A stretch of 64,000 nt of DNA. Source: Schizochytrium sp. TIO01 (Eukaryota > Protista > Bigyra: Labyrinthulomycetes). Position numbers and translations under genes: made by a program. Below are positions 1 to 12,100 of the stretch, in pieces; within the stretch, counting starts at the first letter, position 1; each line of letters opens with the position of its first letter. The notes under the pieces are model-generated. The model ran no database searches and was not told the DNA's origin. It saw only the letters and a list, made by a program, of their open reading frames with translations. The DNA is taken from positions 4,006,747 to 4,070,746 of the forward strand of contig SMSO01000037.1 of NCBI GenBank assembly GCA_004764695.1. The letters are read 5' to 3'.

Positions 1-2
1 GT

Positions 3-1490
3 TTGTACACATTTAGAAACATCGAGCACAGAATGAGCATTACCTTGGTCGCACCAGAAAGCAGTCTCATTCCCGAATCGAAGATCACTAAAGACGTCGT
101 AGCGGCGGCGATCTTTGAGAGGGATATCACAAGACATAATGTAAGTCTTATCCTGTCCAACACGAAGGAGTGGTTTGGAGATGGGTTTGTAAATTGGCGT
201 AAAAACCGGAGCCAAATTGAGCTGGACGCGACGATCTGAGCCCCCGTTGTCATGAATGCAAGCACCCAGGGCATGGACAATGTCGCGAAACTCTCGAGGG
301 TTCAGGTCGAGACCTTGGCCGACAGTAAGCTCAGAAGCACTATCACACGCCATGGCAGAATCTGATTGACCAGGGTAAGCCAATGTTTGGCGAAGAATGT
401 GCAAGACCTGCTCAATATCCCAGCTACCACGCGGTTTGCTGCTATCTTGCACTGCGGATATCTTACGCCGGACTCGCTTGGTGCCTTTCTTCAGAGGAAC
501 TACTTGTAAAGCCTTGGTGACCTGGTTGCGAGGCGTTGCAGTATTGCAAGACTTCTTTTCGGTCTTCACGATAGTGCTAATATTTTTGGGTGTTGTATAG
601 GGCTTTACGGTGAGGTCCGTCTTGGCAGTCATATAGGTGCTTGGGAGCACAGGCATGGTGAGCGGGTTAACCTTGATGTTCTTCATGAATGCCTTGTTCG
701 TTGCTCTGGATGTTTGTTGCGGTTTAATGGAGGTAGTCTTTGTGATGGAGCTCAAAGGCATAGGTGTAATGGGTGAAACATGGTGCGTAGTTGGCTCAGA
801 CTTGAGAGTATGCGGGGCTGATACAGGTGTTTGAAGCATATGATGTTGGTGCTGCTGAGCATAGTACGACGGATGGGGTTGGGCATATGGTGATGGTGAG
901 ATTGTGCGTTGAACTGTGTGCTGGTGGTGGTGGTATGCCATTGGTGACATATCCTCAGGGTCTGGGTGGACATCTTCAAGAGGCCAAGTGTGTCTGTCTG
1001 AGGTGGGGGGAGCAGAGGCGGCAGCAGAGAAGAAACTGTCCTCGAAAAGGATACCAGCCGCCTCAGAGCCATCGTGTCCATGTTGCCAAGACTGCGATTC
1101 GGCAGGGCGATCGAATGTGTCTTCAAAGAAGGCGTCACCGTCAGCAAAGTGGGTCCATACATCTTGTCCGTGGCTGTTGGCGTTATAATTCTGATTAGAG
1201 TTCATCTGGTGGTGCATGTCCATGCATTCATCGAGCGGGTCAAAATCATCCAACCTGTCCATTGAGGGTTGCCATGCTGATACGTTAACATGGTTGTAGT
1301 TGTGGTGAACATCCGCAGGCATTGCTGCTGATGATGGTGCATACCGAGGCACGCCTGCTGACAAAGCCGGCATTCCGTTGTTGCTTTGCGCTGCGATACC
1401 GGTGGTGGTAGTAGTGTAAGGTGCATCAAAATCTGCGAAGTCGGCCAGATCCCATGTTTCTGTCCTTTGTTGCGTTGCTAATGGTCCCAT
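3..1490 (-). CDS. Partial CDS (>=496 aa, runs off the left edge); uncharacterised, probably nuclear protein or transcriptional regulator
   Basis: Hand translation: ATG at 1490 (first ATG after an upstream in-frame TAA), stop-free to the window edge. MGPLATQQRTETWDLADFADFDAPY...DAFFEDTF...AYHHHQHTVQRTISPSPYAQPHPSYYAQQHQHH...PLKKGTKRVRRK (NLS-like)...SWDIEQVLHILRQ...AFWCDQGNAHSVLDVSKCVQ. Absent from the ORF track because it has no stop in the window. Function inferred from composition only. Confidence 0.88.
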   Translation of the reverse strand, partial: MGPLATQQRTETWDLADFADFDAPYTTTTTGIAAQSNNGMPALSAGVPRYAPSSAAMPADVHHNYNHVNVSAWQPSMDRLDDFDPLDECMDMHHQMNSNQNYNANSHGQDVWTHFADGDAFFEDTFDRPAESQSWQHGHDGSEAAGILFEDSFFSAAASAPPTSDRHTWPLEDVHPDPEDMSPMAYHHHQHTVQRTISPSPYAQPHPSYYAQQHQHHMLQTPVSAPHTLKSEPTTHHVSPITPMPLSSITKTTSIKPQQTSRATNKAFMKNIKVNPLTMPVLPSTYMTAKTDLTVKPYTTPKNISTIVKTEKKSCNTATPRNQVTKALQVVPLKKGTKRVRRKISAVQDSSKPRGSWDIEQVLHILRQTLAYPGQSDSAMACDSASELTVGQGLDLNPREFRDIVHALGACIHDNGGSDRRVQLNLAPVFTPIYKPISKPLLRVGQDKTYIMSCDIPLKDRRRYDVFSDLRFGNETAFWCDQGNAHSVLDVSKCVQ

Positions 1491-3440
1491 TGTAGATTGT
1501 CTGACTGGGCTCTCGCCTGGTTTTAGTTCTGCAATGTAAATCTCGTTTGGGCTCAAAATTGCACGAATGAAACTTTTGTCCTCTTAAAGCAAGAAGGTGT
1601 GCCTTGCTCTCGCAAACTTCCAAAGCAGCCTCTAACTGCTTTTTGTTATACCTAAAAGAGCTCGTTGATCGACTCACGAGCAGTTAGTTGTAAGCAGCAC
1701 AGCTAGAGTGAGCGAGTAAGTAAGCGCAGAGCTAGCTCGACTGATGAAAAGGCTTTGTTCTACTCGCTTCGAAATCTCGGTCCAACGCGCGTGCCGTCGC
1801 ACTTTTTCTTTAGGTATTTGGGTTTACCTCTTCAAAGAACAGCTATAGTGTGTTCCCTCGACTCACCCAAGTTCAACTTTTACTTACGTAAATGTAGTGT
1901 AAAACTTCTATGAGTATGCTGCTTGCTCTACTGTGCAGAAGATGCTGCGGTTTTTTGAAACAACAGCACAGCGTCGTCCCAGACCGATCGGTACTCAAGC
2001 CGCTCCTTAATCTCAAACAGCTTTTTGGGCTGGAGTTACGTTCCTTTTCCAAAGCGCAATTACTGATCTGTTTAAGCCAAATCGAAACGTCAACCATGTC
2101 AAATGGCCATAACGAAGTCAATCCATCCATCAACCATATTCAGTCAACCATGATTTATTCATTCATTAATTCCATTTTGATTCATAAAGTCAGTCTCTCA
2201 CTTCCTTTCATTCATTCAACATTTTAAAACAACTTCTTCCTGCCCCCTAACTGCTTCCGCATCGCTACTCCTATCGCTATCCCTAGCACACCCCTATCTT
2301 TGTGGTGGCCCTAGTAAAAATAAACCAGCACTGGGAAACTTCCACACAGACAGACCCAGAAAAGAAAGAAAGAGTAAGATCAAAAGCGAGAAGGAGTGCG
2401 ACCAACTACTGCAGCTCGCGACATCAGGGTCGACGCTGCGGCATTCAACCAGCCTCGCTTCCCAGAAACAGAGGCGGGCCCCGGTAGAAGAGCTATAGCA
2501 TCCACTCCCTCGCCCTTTTGTATCTATCAATCAACCTATTCATCTGCCTGCCTCTCTTGCTTGCTCTGCTTCTTCGTTTTCTTTGGCCCTTTTCTCATTG
2601 AAACTCCAATACTAATTCCTGGTCCCTTCATTGAACCAAGCGAAGAAGCAACGATGGCCAAAAGTGAGAAAGCCAAAAAAAAAAAAAGACTTCAGCCTTG
2701 TTCTCCAAAAAGCCCTTTCGGCGGCGTCAACGAGGCAGAAGGGAGCCTGGACAGGCACACAAGCCTGATGTCATCGCAATCCTCAGTGTCCTCTGCTCTT
2801 CTCTCCTCTCCTCTCGCCTCGCTTTGCTCCTCCTCCTGCCTAGGTTTCCGAGGGGATCGCAGGAGATGATAAGGAGAGAAAAGGGGCTCAGAAAAAAACA
2901 ACGAAAGGATATTATGAAGCAAGGAGAAAAGAGCGAGGGAGGAGGAAGCAGCTCGTTGAGGGAAGCCGCGTCCCGGTCGCCCATTGGTAAGCGCCCTTAG
3001 GCGCGCGTAATACGCTCGCTCTCTGGCGAGGTAACGGCGCCTCTTGCTCCAGGCCAAGTCTCGGGGTCTCGAAGAAACATGGCAAAGAAGGCGTAGCTTA
3101 CTTGGCTACAGCTAGAAGAGAGGCCGCGATGGATGAATGGATCGATGGATGGATGGATGGATCGATAGATAGTATGGGAAACCCAGAGACAGACCCCAAA
3201 AACAGCGTGCGCCGGAATAATGGGCGGCCATCTTTCTTTTTTCTTCTTTTTCTCAACACTTCTTTTTCTTTCTTTCTTTCTTTTCTCCCATCTTTCCCTT
3301 CTCGAGTTTCGACATGGCCCTCCCTCCGCTTTGAGCCTAGCTTTCATCCATCTCAGCTCTTGTTCCTTCGCTCCCGCTCGCAGGTTTCTCAGCGCGATCG
3401 GGCCCGCGCCTGGTCACTGATTGGCCTCCTCTCCGGTGGA

Positions 3441-3443
<3 letters not shown>

Positions 3444-3486
<43 letters not shown>
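3444..3486. repeat. (GA)n microsatellite
   Basis: Perfect GA run read directly. Confidence 0.97.
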
Positions 3487-3487
<1 letters not shown>

Positions 3488-3862
3488 AATAAAAAAGAAC
3501 AAACAGCGGAGGAGAAAGAAAAACTGCGAAACGAGAACAAAAGACAGAGACCGCCTCTTCTTCTTCTCTTTTTTCTCTCTTTAGAAAGAGTCAAAGAAGA
3601 GAATATATGCGACGCATCTCCATATTGTTCTCGTCAGAGCATTGGCATGATAGCCTGAGGCTCACCGGGATTATTGAAGGGCTCCTGCGCGCTACCTGCT
3701 CTCTCTCTCCCCCTATCTGCAGCCTGGCTGACGCTGCTGCTGCATTCGGCATGTGGCCCTCACTCGACTTTCTTGACCTCTCGCGCAAAGCGCGAAAGAG
3801 TAGAGCCCGGAATGGCGCCCAAGGGTAGTAGGGAGAACGGCGAGAGAACAAAAGAACAATAA

Positions 3863-3910
3863 GAGGGAACGGAGGGAATAGAGGGAATAGAGGGAATAGA
3901 GGGAACGGAG
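3863..3910. repeat. 9-bp minisatellite GAGGGAA(TA/CG), ~5 copies
   Basis: gagggaacg gagggaata gagggaata gagggaata gagggaacg. Confidence 0.9.
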
Positions 3911-4204
3911 ACAGGAGACAGCGAGCTTAGCATGCATGGCTTGCTTGCGCAAGGAACGACAGCTTTGCAGAGCTCTGCCGACTGTTGTGCCAGCGCGGTG
4001 GGCTGCTGGAGTCTGCGATGAGGGCTTCTGGGTGGGGGTCTGGTGCTTCAGTGTGGCTGGGAAGAGATGAGATCCTAGTGCGGCGGAATGCAGAATAATT
4101 GCGATCAACAAACAAAGATGACGCCCTGACTTACCTTTTTTGAATTGTACTGAGATGTGCGATATGAATCGATGCCCAAGAACTCCGAGGCGAGCTGCTG
4201 CCAA

Positions 4205-4232
4205 GCTGCTGCTGCTGCTGCTGCTGCTGCTG
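4205..4232. repeat. (GCT)n microsatellite
   Basis: Direct reading. Confidence 0.95.
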
Positions 4233-5876
4233 TCTGACAGGCTCTGTCGGCCTCGATTTATTCCACAATGAACTGGTGATGGCAACGGCTTGTTGCTTCA
4301 ATCGACCGGGTGGAATTCAATGTATATATGTATTGAATGTGCGATGCGACGGCGCTGCTGCTGTCGCTGCCGCTGGCGCCAATGTGCTCGCGAAAGTAAG
4401 CAGACACGCCCAAGCAAACGAAGATTGTGGAGTAGGTCTGCAGCTGGTTGCGGTCGAAGGTCCTTCCCTTGAGCCACGGCGAGGAATCCACGCGAATGAG
4501 ATGAGGTAGCTTATTGACAGCCGTACTTTGGGGTCCAAAGACGAGTTTCGAGTTTGCTCGCACGCACGCTCAGTCTCGATTGGCGCCAATTAGAAAATAC
4601 GACGAGTTCTCCCCTTTTTCCATTTGTTGGGTTTATTTTTATTTTATTTGTTACTTCTCGCCCTTTTCCCTTCGTTTACTCATAGTACTCAGCTAGCAAG
4701 TGGCTACCATCCATCGGTTCTTCCGCATTGGAGAGAGAGGAACATATAGCAAACAATTCACTGCTGTTTGTTGAGCTTTCTTTTCAAATCCTCCTTCTCA
4801 AAATATAGAACAAACATTGGCATTCTTTACTAATCTAAACAAAAAATTACTAAAGAAAAAAGAAAGAGAGAAGCAAGTCCCAAATCACACTCAGAAACAG
4901 TCTCCGCTCTCCATGCGCCACTTTTTAAATGAAATGAAAAACTCTGTCTTCCATAATTTAACAAGAGGACGTATTATATATGCGCTATTGTGTTATACTT
5001 TTATGTTTAGAAATCCTTTTTTTAATTTAATTAAAATTCATCAATTACAAAAAAAAGAAAAAGTAGAAAGAGTAATTTTTACTTTTAAGATGATGAGCCC
5101 ATGTCCATACTCTTGTCTAATCAAGTATTGGAGAGGAACTATTCCTTCACTTACCTGTTACGCGATTAGATGAAGGCTGTCCTGAGTGGCGCTGGAGGAG
5201 ATATAAGTACTTCTACGGCCAACCTCCTCTTCTGTAAGGATCGCCACTTCTACTAAGAATGGATACACGATTCCTGTAATGAATGCCTTTTGTTTGACAA
5301 GATGACGCCCCGTCATAGAATTATGTCTTATAAATCAAAACTCGACTTTGAGAGAAAGAAGAGTTATAATGATTAACATAGTCATTTTTAAACTTAAAAA
5401 ACAAAAAACAAAAAAGAACTCGATTTGTTTTAAAATAGGCTTTCAAAATCGACACGAATGACCAAGGTGGATGAACGATGGTACAGAGGGCTGTCATGCC
5501 AGCGTCTGTAGGCTGCAAGTGAGCGGGGCATTGCGTCAGCTTCACTAACTCTACAGCGGCTTTGCGACAGCCTACATTAGAATGCCGAAGAGGCTTCATT
5601 TGCTACAGACTCTGGAGCATGAAAACAACTCCTCAGAAAAACCACCCAACTACTTTTTTTTAATGCAATAAAAAATAGCGCGATTGGAGGACAATGCAAA
5701 TAAGAGAAAGAGAAAAAGAGCGACTCCCTTTCATCTTTAGTCAGTTCAAACGCCAACGGCCGCGAGACAAGAAATCTTACTATTACAACTCCGTAAACCT
5801 TACTCGAACCGAAAGAAAACCTTACTGGAACCTTTCAAGTTGACGTTCTTTCTAGTGAAAAATAAATAAATAATAA

Positions 5877-5880
<4 letters not shown>

Positions 5881-5927
<47 letters not shown>
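5881..5927. repeat. (TTA)n microsatellite
   Basis: Direct reading. Confidence 0.97.
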
Positions 5928-5928
<1 letters not shown>

Positions 5929-8589
5929 AATATACAGATTTACCAAGCACCAGCTTGGTTCTTTCACTTTCATAACATTTACTACTATGTTTCATTCAGG
6001 GATTCCATGAATTCTTGTCGAATCCTTCAAACATAAGTTCTTTTCTGAACAGACACACTTAAAATAAATGGAGGAAACCTATCATCTACTTAGCAATGAA
6101 CAAAAAAGTGTGAGATCAAATGTAGGTGATCTTAACCTTTATCTCTTTTTCGATCATCTCTTTTTTTTCAAATTCATGTTGTTAAAAACAATTCTACTCA
6201 AAATCTAAACGAGCTTTGTTCTGTTCTTAAATGCATGTTTGTGAACGCCACTCTTTCCGGGGTTTTGTTCTATGTTTTTAGATGCTTAAAAATGTACTTA
6301 AATATATACTAGCTATGCCTGAGAAAAATATGTCATATTCATAGATAACATTGAGTTTTCCAAACAAACTAAGTTTCTTTTTTAATGAATAAAACAATAA
6401 TGATAAAATTAGCATGATTTACTGTCCTTTCGCTCTCGCTCTAGAGAGATACTCTTCATGCGCTGTCGCCTTTTTGCTGCGACGCAGTGAAAGATCATAA
6501 GAAAGGCCGTGCGAGCCCGCCGTTGTGCCGGCGCATGCATGTCAGTTGTTGAGCGTTGGCTCCATGCTTCGGGGGATGTCTCAGACTCATCAATTGTCCT
6601 GGAGAGGAGATAAAATGTATCACGAATTACAGAATAGAACATTATGATACCAAGGATAATGGAAAAAGACAAATTACATTGAAGCTAACGCGTTTGGATT
6701 GAATACTACTTATCTCTTCGTTTACTTTTTTGTTTGGTTGGCTTATAACCTATTTGAAGTGATTGTGGGATTAACGTCTCCATAGGCTGACCTAAAAAAA
6801 GTCTGAATAGTTATTCATTAAACATATTGCATTAACACTGAGCGCAGTCTGGGACGCGCCTTCACTGCAAGAGAAAGAGCAAGGCTCTTTGAAAAATAAA
6901 CTAGATACTTGGCCTTTTGTTTGTGGACGGAGAGATGTTTTGCCATCCAAAACACCACCTCATGAAAGTCTCATGCTGAGGGTGCTACGATAAATCCGTC
7001 TTGCTTAAGAATACTAAATTGGTCGTATTCTGTTGCAGAGATTTGATAAAATAAGGCGAATAGAGTGATGGCTGCAAGGTATTGTTATTTGAGGTCAATG
7101 AACCATAAATATGAAAACTAAGAGAACATGAATAATCCGTTGTTGAGCAAGTCCACATTTGAGAAGGGTTTTCTTGTCCACGCATTCGCCGCGAATTTGT
7201 ACGTCTCTTCATGTCGTAACTCAGATTTAGACATTTAATTTCAAAATCCTGAAATTGATTGGCCCGCCATGGCGACTTAAATTCGTAATAGCAAACAGGA
7301 AACAAACACCCTTGTAGGTATGTATCATCCCGGGCCTTCACTTCAACCTTTTTAGGATTGTGCAGGGTGATTTGCAAAATTTCGCACGCGTTGCATGTTT
7401 CGCTTTCAAATTGGCTATAATGACTAGTACAAGTTTTTACCTGCCCTTACATGAAGTAATTCGCTTAACTAACTGAAGCGGGTCTAACGCGGCACGTTCA
7501 TCTCGTTTGCTAGGGCTTGCTCGAGCTGGTCTTGGAAAATGTCAGCAGCAGCCAGCTCGAGTCTAAGCAAGCAAAGTGCCCACGGACTCCAGCACACAGT
7601 TGCTTTGGAAGCGACAAAATAAACTAACTTCTGATCTAAAAGGAGGTTTCCGGCCATTCTCCTACATCTATCATCATAATAAGCAACACACTTTTTTCTT
7701 CCTTCAAGCTAGTTAGCTGAAGAAGCATCAGTATAATACAACAGCAAAACTGGAAAGGATAACTATATTTCTATCCGGAAATACTACCTAGGTACTCATT
7801 TGTTAACAGATCAAAGGTTTCTATTCATTCTTCCGAGTCGGTTTTTCTTGGCAATATCCGAAAGGCTGCTTCTCTACCAACATACAATCAGTGAATACCG
7901 GCGCGCCGCCATCGTGTAATTCTCTAGAGCCATAACATTTCGCTGTTACCTCAATAACCATTATGTCACTAGCAGCTGAGCAGATGCTGAACAGACATGC
8001 TTTCTCCTGGCTATTGTATTCGTCTTCTTCAAAAGCCGCGGCGAGCTGCCTTTCAAGAAGTATCGGCACGTGAAGATTATGAAAGTAAAGCACTTTGAGA
8101 GAATATGTCATTGAGAATGAGAATCACAGCCTGGAGAAGTAATGTCAGTAGTTCAATTGAAAGTGCCATAGCTCGTGCAGACACTCTTCCCTGTATACGT
8201 GCCATGAGGCGATGCAATTTTCCTGCGCGACGTGCGTCGAGAGAAACCTTGCCAGCAGCTTATCTGTCGCATTGGTATATTTATTGCTATACGAAGTTTT
8301 CCTGGCAATTCGAGGTGAAGAAGCAGTCTAGACGACTTTGATGGAAAAACAAGCTGCCAGAACACTATTATGTGCCGACCAGGTCACGTTCCCTGATGGT
8401 TCATACTCCTAGGGTATGCCATATTTAATACATAGGAGTTGCCCCGTTCTCTCCGCCAGCCATGAAGAGACCAGGAAAAGTTCTTTACATTGAGTTTTGT
8501 AAAATTGAAAAGTGAGATTGTTATGATCAGGACCACATAAAATTTTATAAATGGGTATCCTACAGTTACCGCTATCTGGTCCTTATAGA

Positions 8590-9110
8590 ACTGAATGAGA
8601 GTGAAAGCTAAAAGGGTAAGTCGTCAACGAGTACTTTGGAAACAGCGCTTTCTAGTTCCACGTTGTTGCATATTATCCCCAAGTAGTAAGGCAAATACGC
8701 CGCCATTTTCCACGAGTTGATTGATATTAGCTAGTTTTCCAAGGAGCAATTTTTGCGGGGCACTTTTGAGCGTGCGCCCTATTTGGACCAAACAAAACGC
8801 CGCTAACCAGCCCCAAACAAACTACTACTTGATAGGTGTCTAGTTACATTCTTTCTTCAGCAACAACAGCAACGCACTTTTGAACAAGCGCACTTATCCA
8901 CTGACTACTTTTGAAGATTGCAGAAGAACAGCAAAAGACGAAACTTCAAGGTAGGCAAAAGTCATGAAAATATTAAAAAAGCAGTGAACGTTTATTTAAT
9001 GTGCAGTGTTTCACGAAAACTCAAGGTGTCAAGATTACAAAGTTTTGGTGCTCAACACATAAGCGCGGGGTATGCAATCCTGGCAACTTATCAACGTTGG
9101 CTGGGGGCTC
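8590..9110 (+). pseudogene. Possible decayed piggyBac-like transposase relic
   Basis: Broken-frame fragments RVKAKR-VVNEYFGNSA (~8600-8650) and VQCFTKTQGVKITKFWCSTHKRGVC (9001-9075) loosely resemble the piggyBac pre-catalytic P-x-VV-x-x-Y segment and the C-terminal Cys-rich domain. No DDD triad or TIRs found. Confidence 0.2.
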
Positions 9111-12100
9111 GAAGTTTCTATTGAAAGTTGCCGCTGGGTGTTGCAGCACTTGGAATAAATGTACTCGTGTTTTCCTCCCATCCGAACTTATTCATATTCA
9201 AGTGCCTTCGAGTTATATTCCTGCAACTCCAAGGCAGCCTATGTGGATACCGCCGTTCTCCACTCAATCGTGGATGATCAAACGAAAAATTCCTCCGATC
9301 GGCACCGATCGACGTCAATCGATCATAAGTCAATCACTCGAAAGAAAGCATTCGTACGCATCCATTCATTCATCCAAACATCCATCCACTCAAGCATCAC
9401 AAGGATGCCTCAATCCGGGTCCCTCCATCCTTCCATTCGGCATCCGTCGAGGAGCCAGAGCTAGGCAGTTGGATGGCCATGGCAGCCTCCGCGCTGTGCT
9501 TGGCATGCAATTAGTTATCGAGCCGCATCGCTTTCCGTGTGATCAAACCCACGAATACGCACCGTTTGCTACATTTCTGTTTACATTCATTCCTTCGCTT
9601 ACTTATTCATTCCTTACGCATTGATTTACCTAGCTAGCCAGGAATTCTTCATTTGCATTTGTTTACATTTACTTCACACTTGTTGGTGGATGGATGATGG
9701 TTTGTTAAGAATCGGTGGTGACCTACCTACCATCTTCAGAGAAGACGCTGCCGCATTTTTTTGTTTTCCGCTCTATCTCTTCTTTTACGAGCAAAATCCA
9801 CCGCTCAACCAACCGGCTGGCCAACCATCCGATCAACCAATCCGCAAACAAACAACAATCACCAGTCGATTGCTCAGCCACTTGCAGAGCAAGCAATTCG
9901 ACTTCGCTCCAAGGGCCTCAGTGAGTTTGGTCACGTTCACAGCACCGTTCCCTCCGAATGACCGCACTGGGCGAAATGAGATTTCTAAAATTATCTCTCT
10001 CACACACACACCGCCCCACTGCGTAAGGGATCACCTACCATCAAGCTGAGCCTCCGCGGCCTTTCCCCCTTTTCTTCTCGTTTCAAGCTACTCTGTTCCT
10101 CTTACTTCTGCCAGAATTTTCACTCTGTGTTTTCGTTTGCCACAGGAAACGAAGCAGCTCGTGGGAAAACGCTGCTTTTCTATATCGATTATCACGGTCT
10201 GTGCTACCTGGAGTGCTACAGCCCATCTCTGCGCGACGTCCACGCGTCCAGGCAGGCGTCTGATATTCTTCTTCGAAAGCAGACCAGAGCAGTATACTTT
10301 ACAATTTACCTATATGTATATTTTATATATAATAAATAATTTATGCAATTCCCTGCTGATCATAATATGATTACAGCCGCAGTGATTTGCGCTATCCAAA
10401 GCATATTCGCATGAGATTTCCAAACCTAGCCAAAGTGACCTTAGTTTCCAGCACATCGAGTGATTGTTTGGACTTGTTGAATTATGAATTATTGCCCAAG
10501 CCAAGGGACTACTTTAAGCGGTTGTCTCTGACTAGCGAGACTGTTGCCAGTACATCCTTAGATTGCCTAGGCTCCTACCTGCCGCAGCCATCCGTCCGAG
10601 ATGAATAAGGAAAGCAGAAGAACAAGAAAAGCTACCAGCGCGGAGAACTCTCAGCTCCTCTGGAAGTCTGCAGCCGAACTCGGCTAATCCTGCTCGCGGT
10701 TACTCGGAGCCACGGCACTGGAAAGGACTTACTGGTCATCCCGCATCGCCTTCTTCTTCATCGTTAGCGCCATCAACAGTTTACCGCAAGTCTTCGATCA
10801 GTGAGAGCGGCTGACGAAGGCCAGAATTGATGAAGAAGAAGGCCCGAGCTCCTTGAAAGCTTGAGTGGACCAGAACCAATCCACTTCTTCTTTCTTTCTG
10901 CTGTCTTCTTGAAGTTGATTGATTGATTGGATTAAAACTTTTCAAGAGCGCCTCGATCAGTTTCTCCTTCCTTCGTCTATTTAAAAAGACTCAGCGTACC
11001 TAAGTTTCGCTTGCCAGCGCTTCTTCGCATGAACCAGTGTAATTCTGCCTGGAAAATGAACCAAGTGGCTTGCCCCTCTAATTAACAAGACCATTTTATG
11101 TTCTCTTCCGTTCCGCCTCTCATATGAATCATCCTCTTCCTTCCTTCTTGAGCCAGGAGCCAATTGTTAGTATTATTTAATTCTATTTTTAAAATTTAAA
11201 ATTAAAAAATGATTTAAATCAATATTTGCAGATAGGCCCCTATCTATAACGATTAACGATACATGTAGCAACCTTTTCAAATAAGCTGTGTTCCTACGTC
11301 AACATTTATCATACGGCGATGGGTCTCTTCAGACGAATCAAGAACAATAACAAAGGCCTTGCAGAAAGCACCAATCAATTCTTACCGCCATTGGTTTACA
11401 TACCCCTAGTATTAATTTCTTCGAATATCAGAGCTCTCTCCAAGCTGGTCTTCTTTCTTCAAGTTCTATTTCTTGAAAAGAGGAAAGTTTTGTAAAAACT
11501 CCTTTCAAGAAAAGCATCAATTTTCTGTCTATGTATTTATTATTTAATTTTAAATAATTAAATTAGAAAATAATGATAATACGGGCAATTGCGGGAAAAG
11601 ACGCAAACATAACCTTCGCGCCCATACCAGAGAGTTATTCGCGATCCGTAACAAAGCCGAAGCAAGCCTGCTCAGGCTGCTTCCATTACGCTCCCTGAAC
11701 TAATCTCATCCCTACGGGTAAACTCAAAGCAAGTCCAGGCGTACCCACGCTAATAACATCATTGAAGTTGGAGCGTCATGAATTATAGACATCCTCGGCT
11801 TTCACAGCCTTGGCCTTGGCGTTGCGCAAAACAAAAATTGTTTTCTGTCTCGGCACACAAAGAAATAATGAGAGAAGTGATGCTAAACTTCAAGCGCCAT
11901 CCAAAACAGAGCAATCTCCTCATCTCTTAAATGAGCCATCGCGGCCTCTGCTTCCTAGCGTGCATTAACCACAGCTATCTATTCTTCAGTGAAGTCTTAG
12001 ATCTTCCTCCTTCTGTGGAAAGGATGGCAAAGACTATCAGCACAAGAGCCAAAGAAAACAAAGGTCATTGTCTGGCTGCGGTGCAAGGATTGCTAAAAGA

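Noticed and set aside
3-1677. Short ORFs listed by the track over the first 1.7 kb
   Set aside because: Shadows of the long minus-strand frame starting at 1490.
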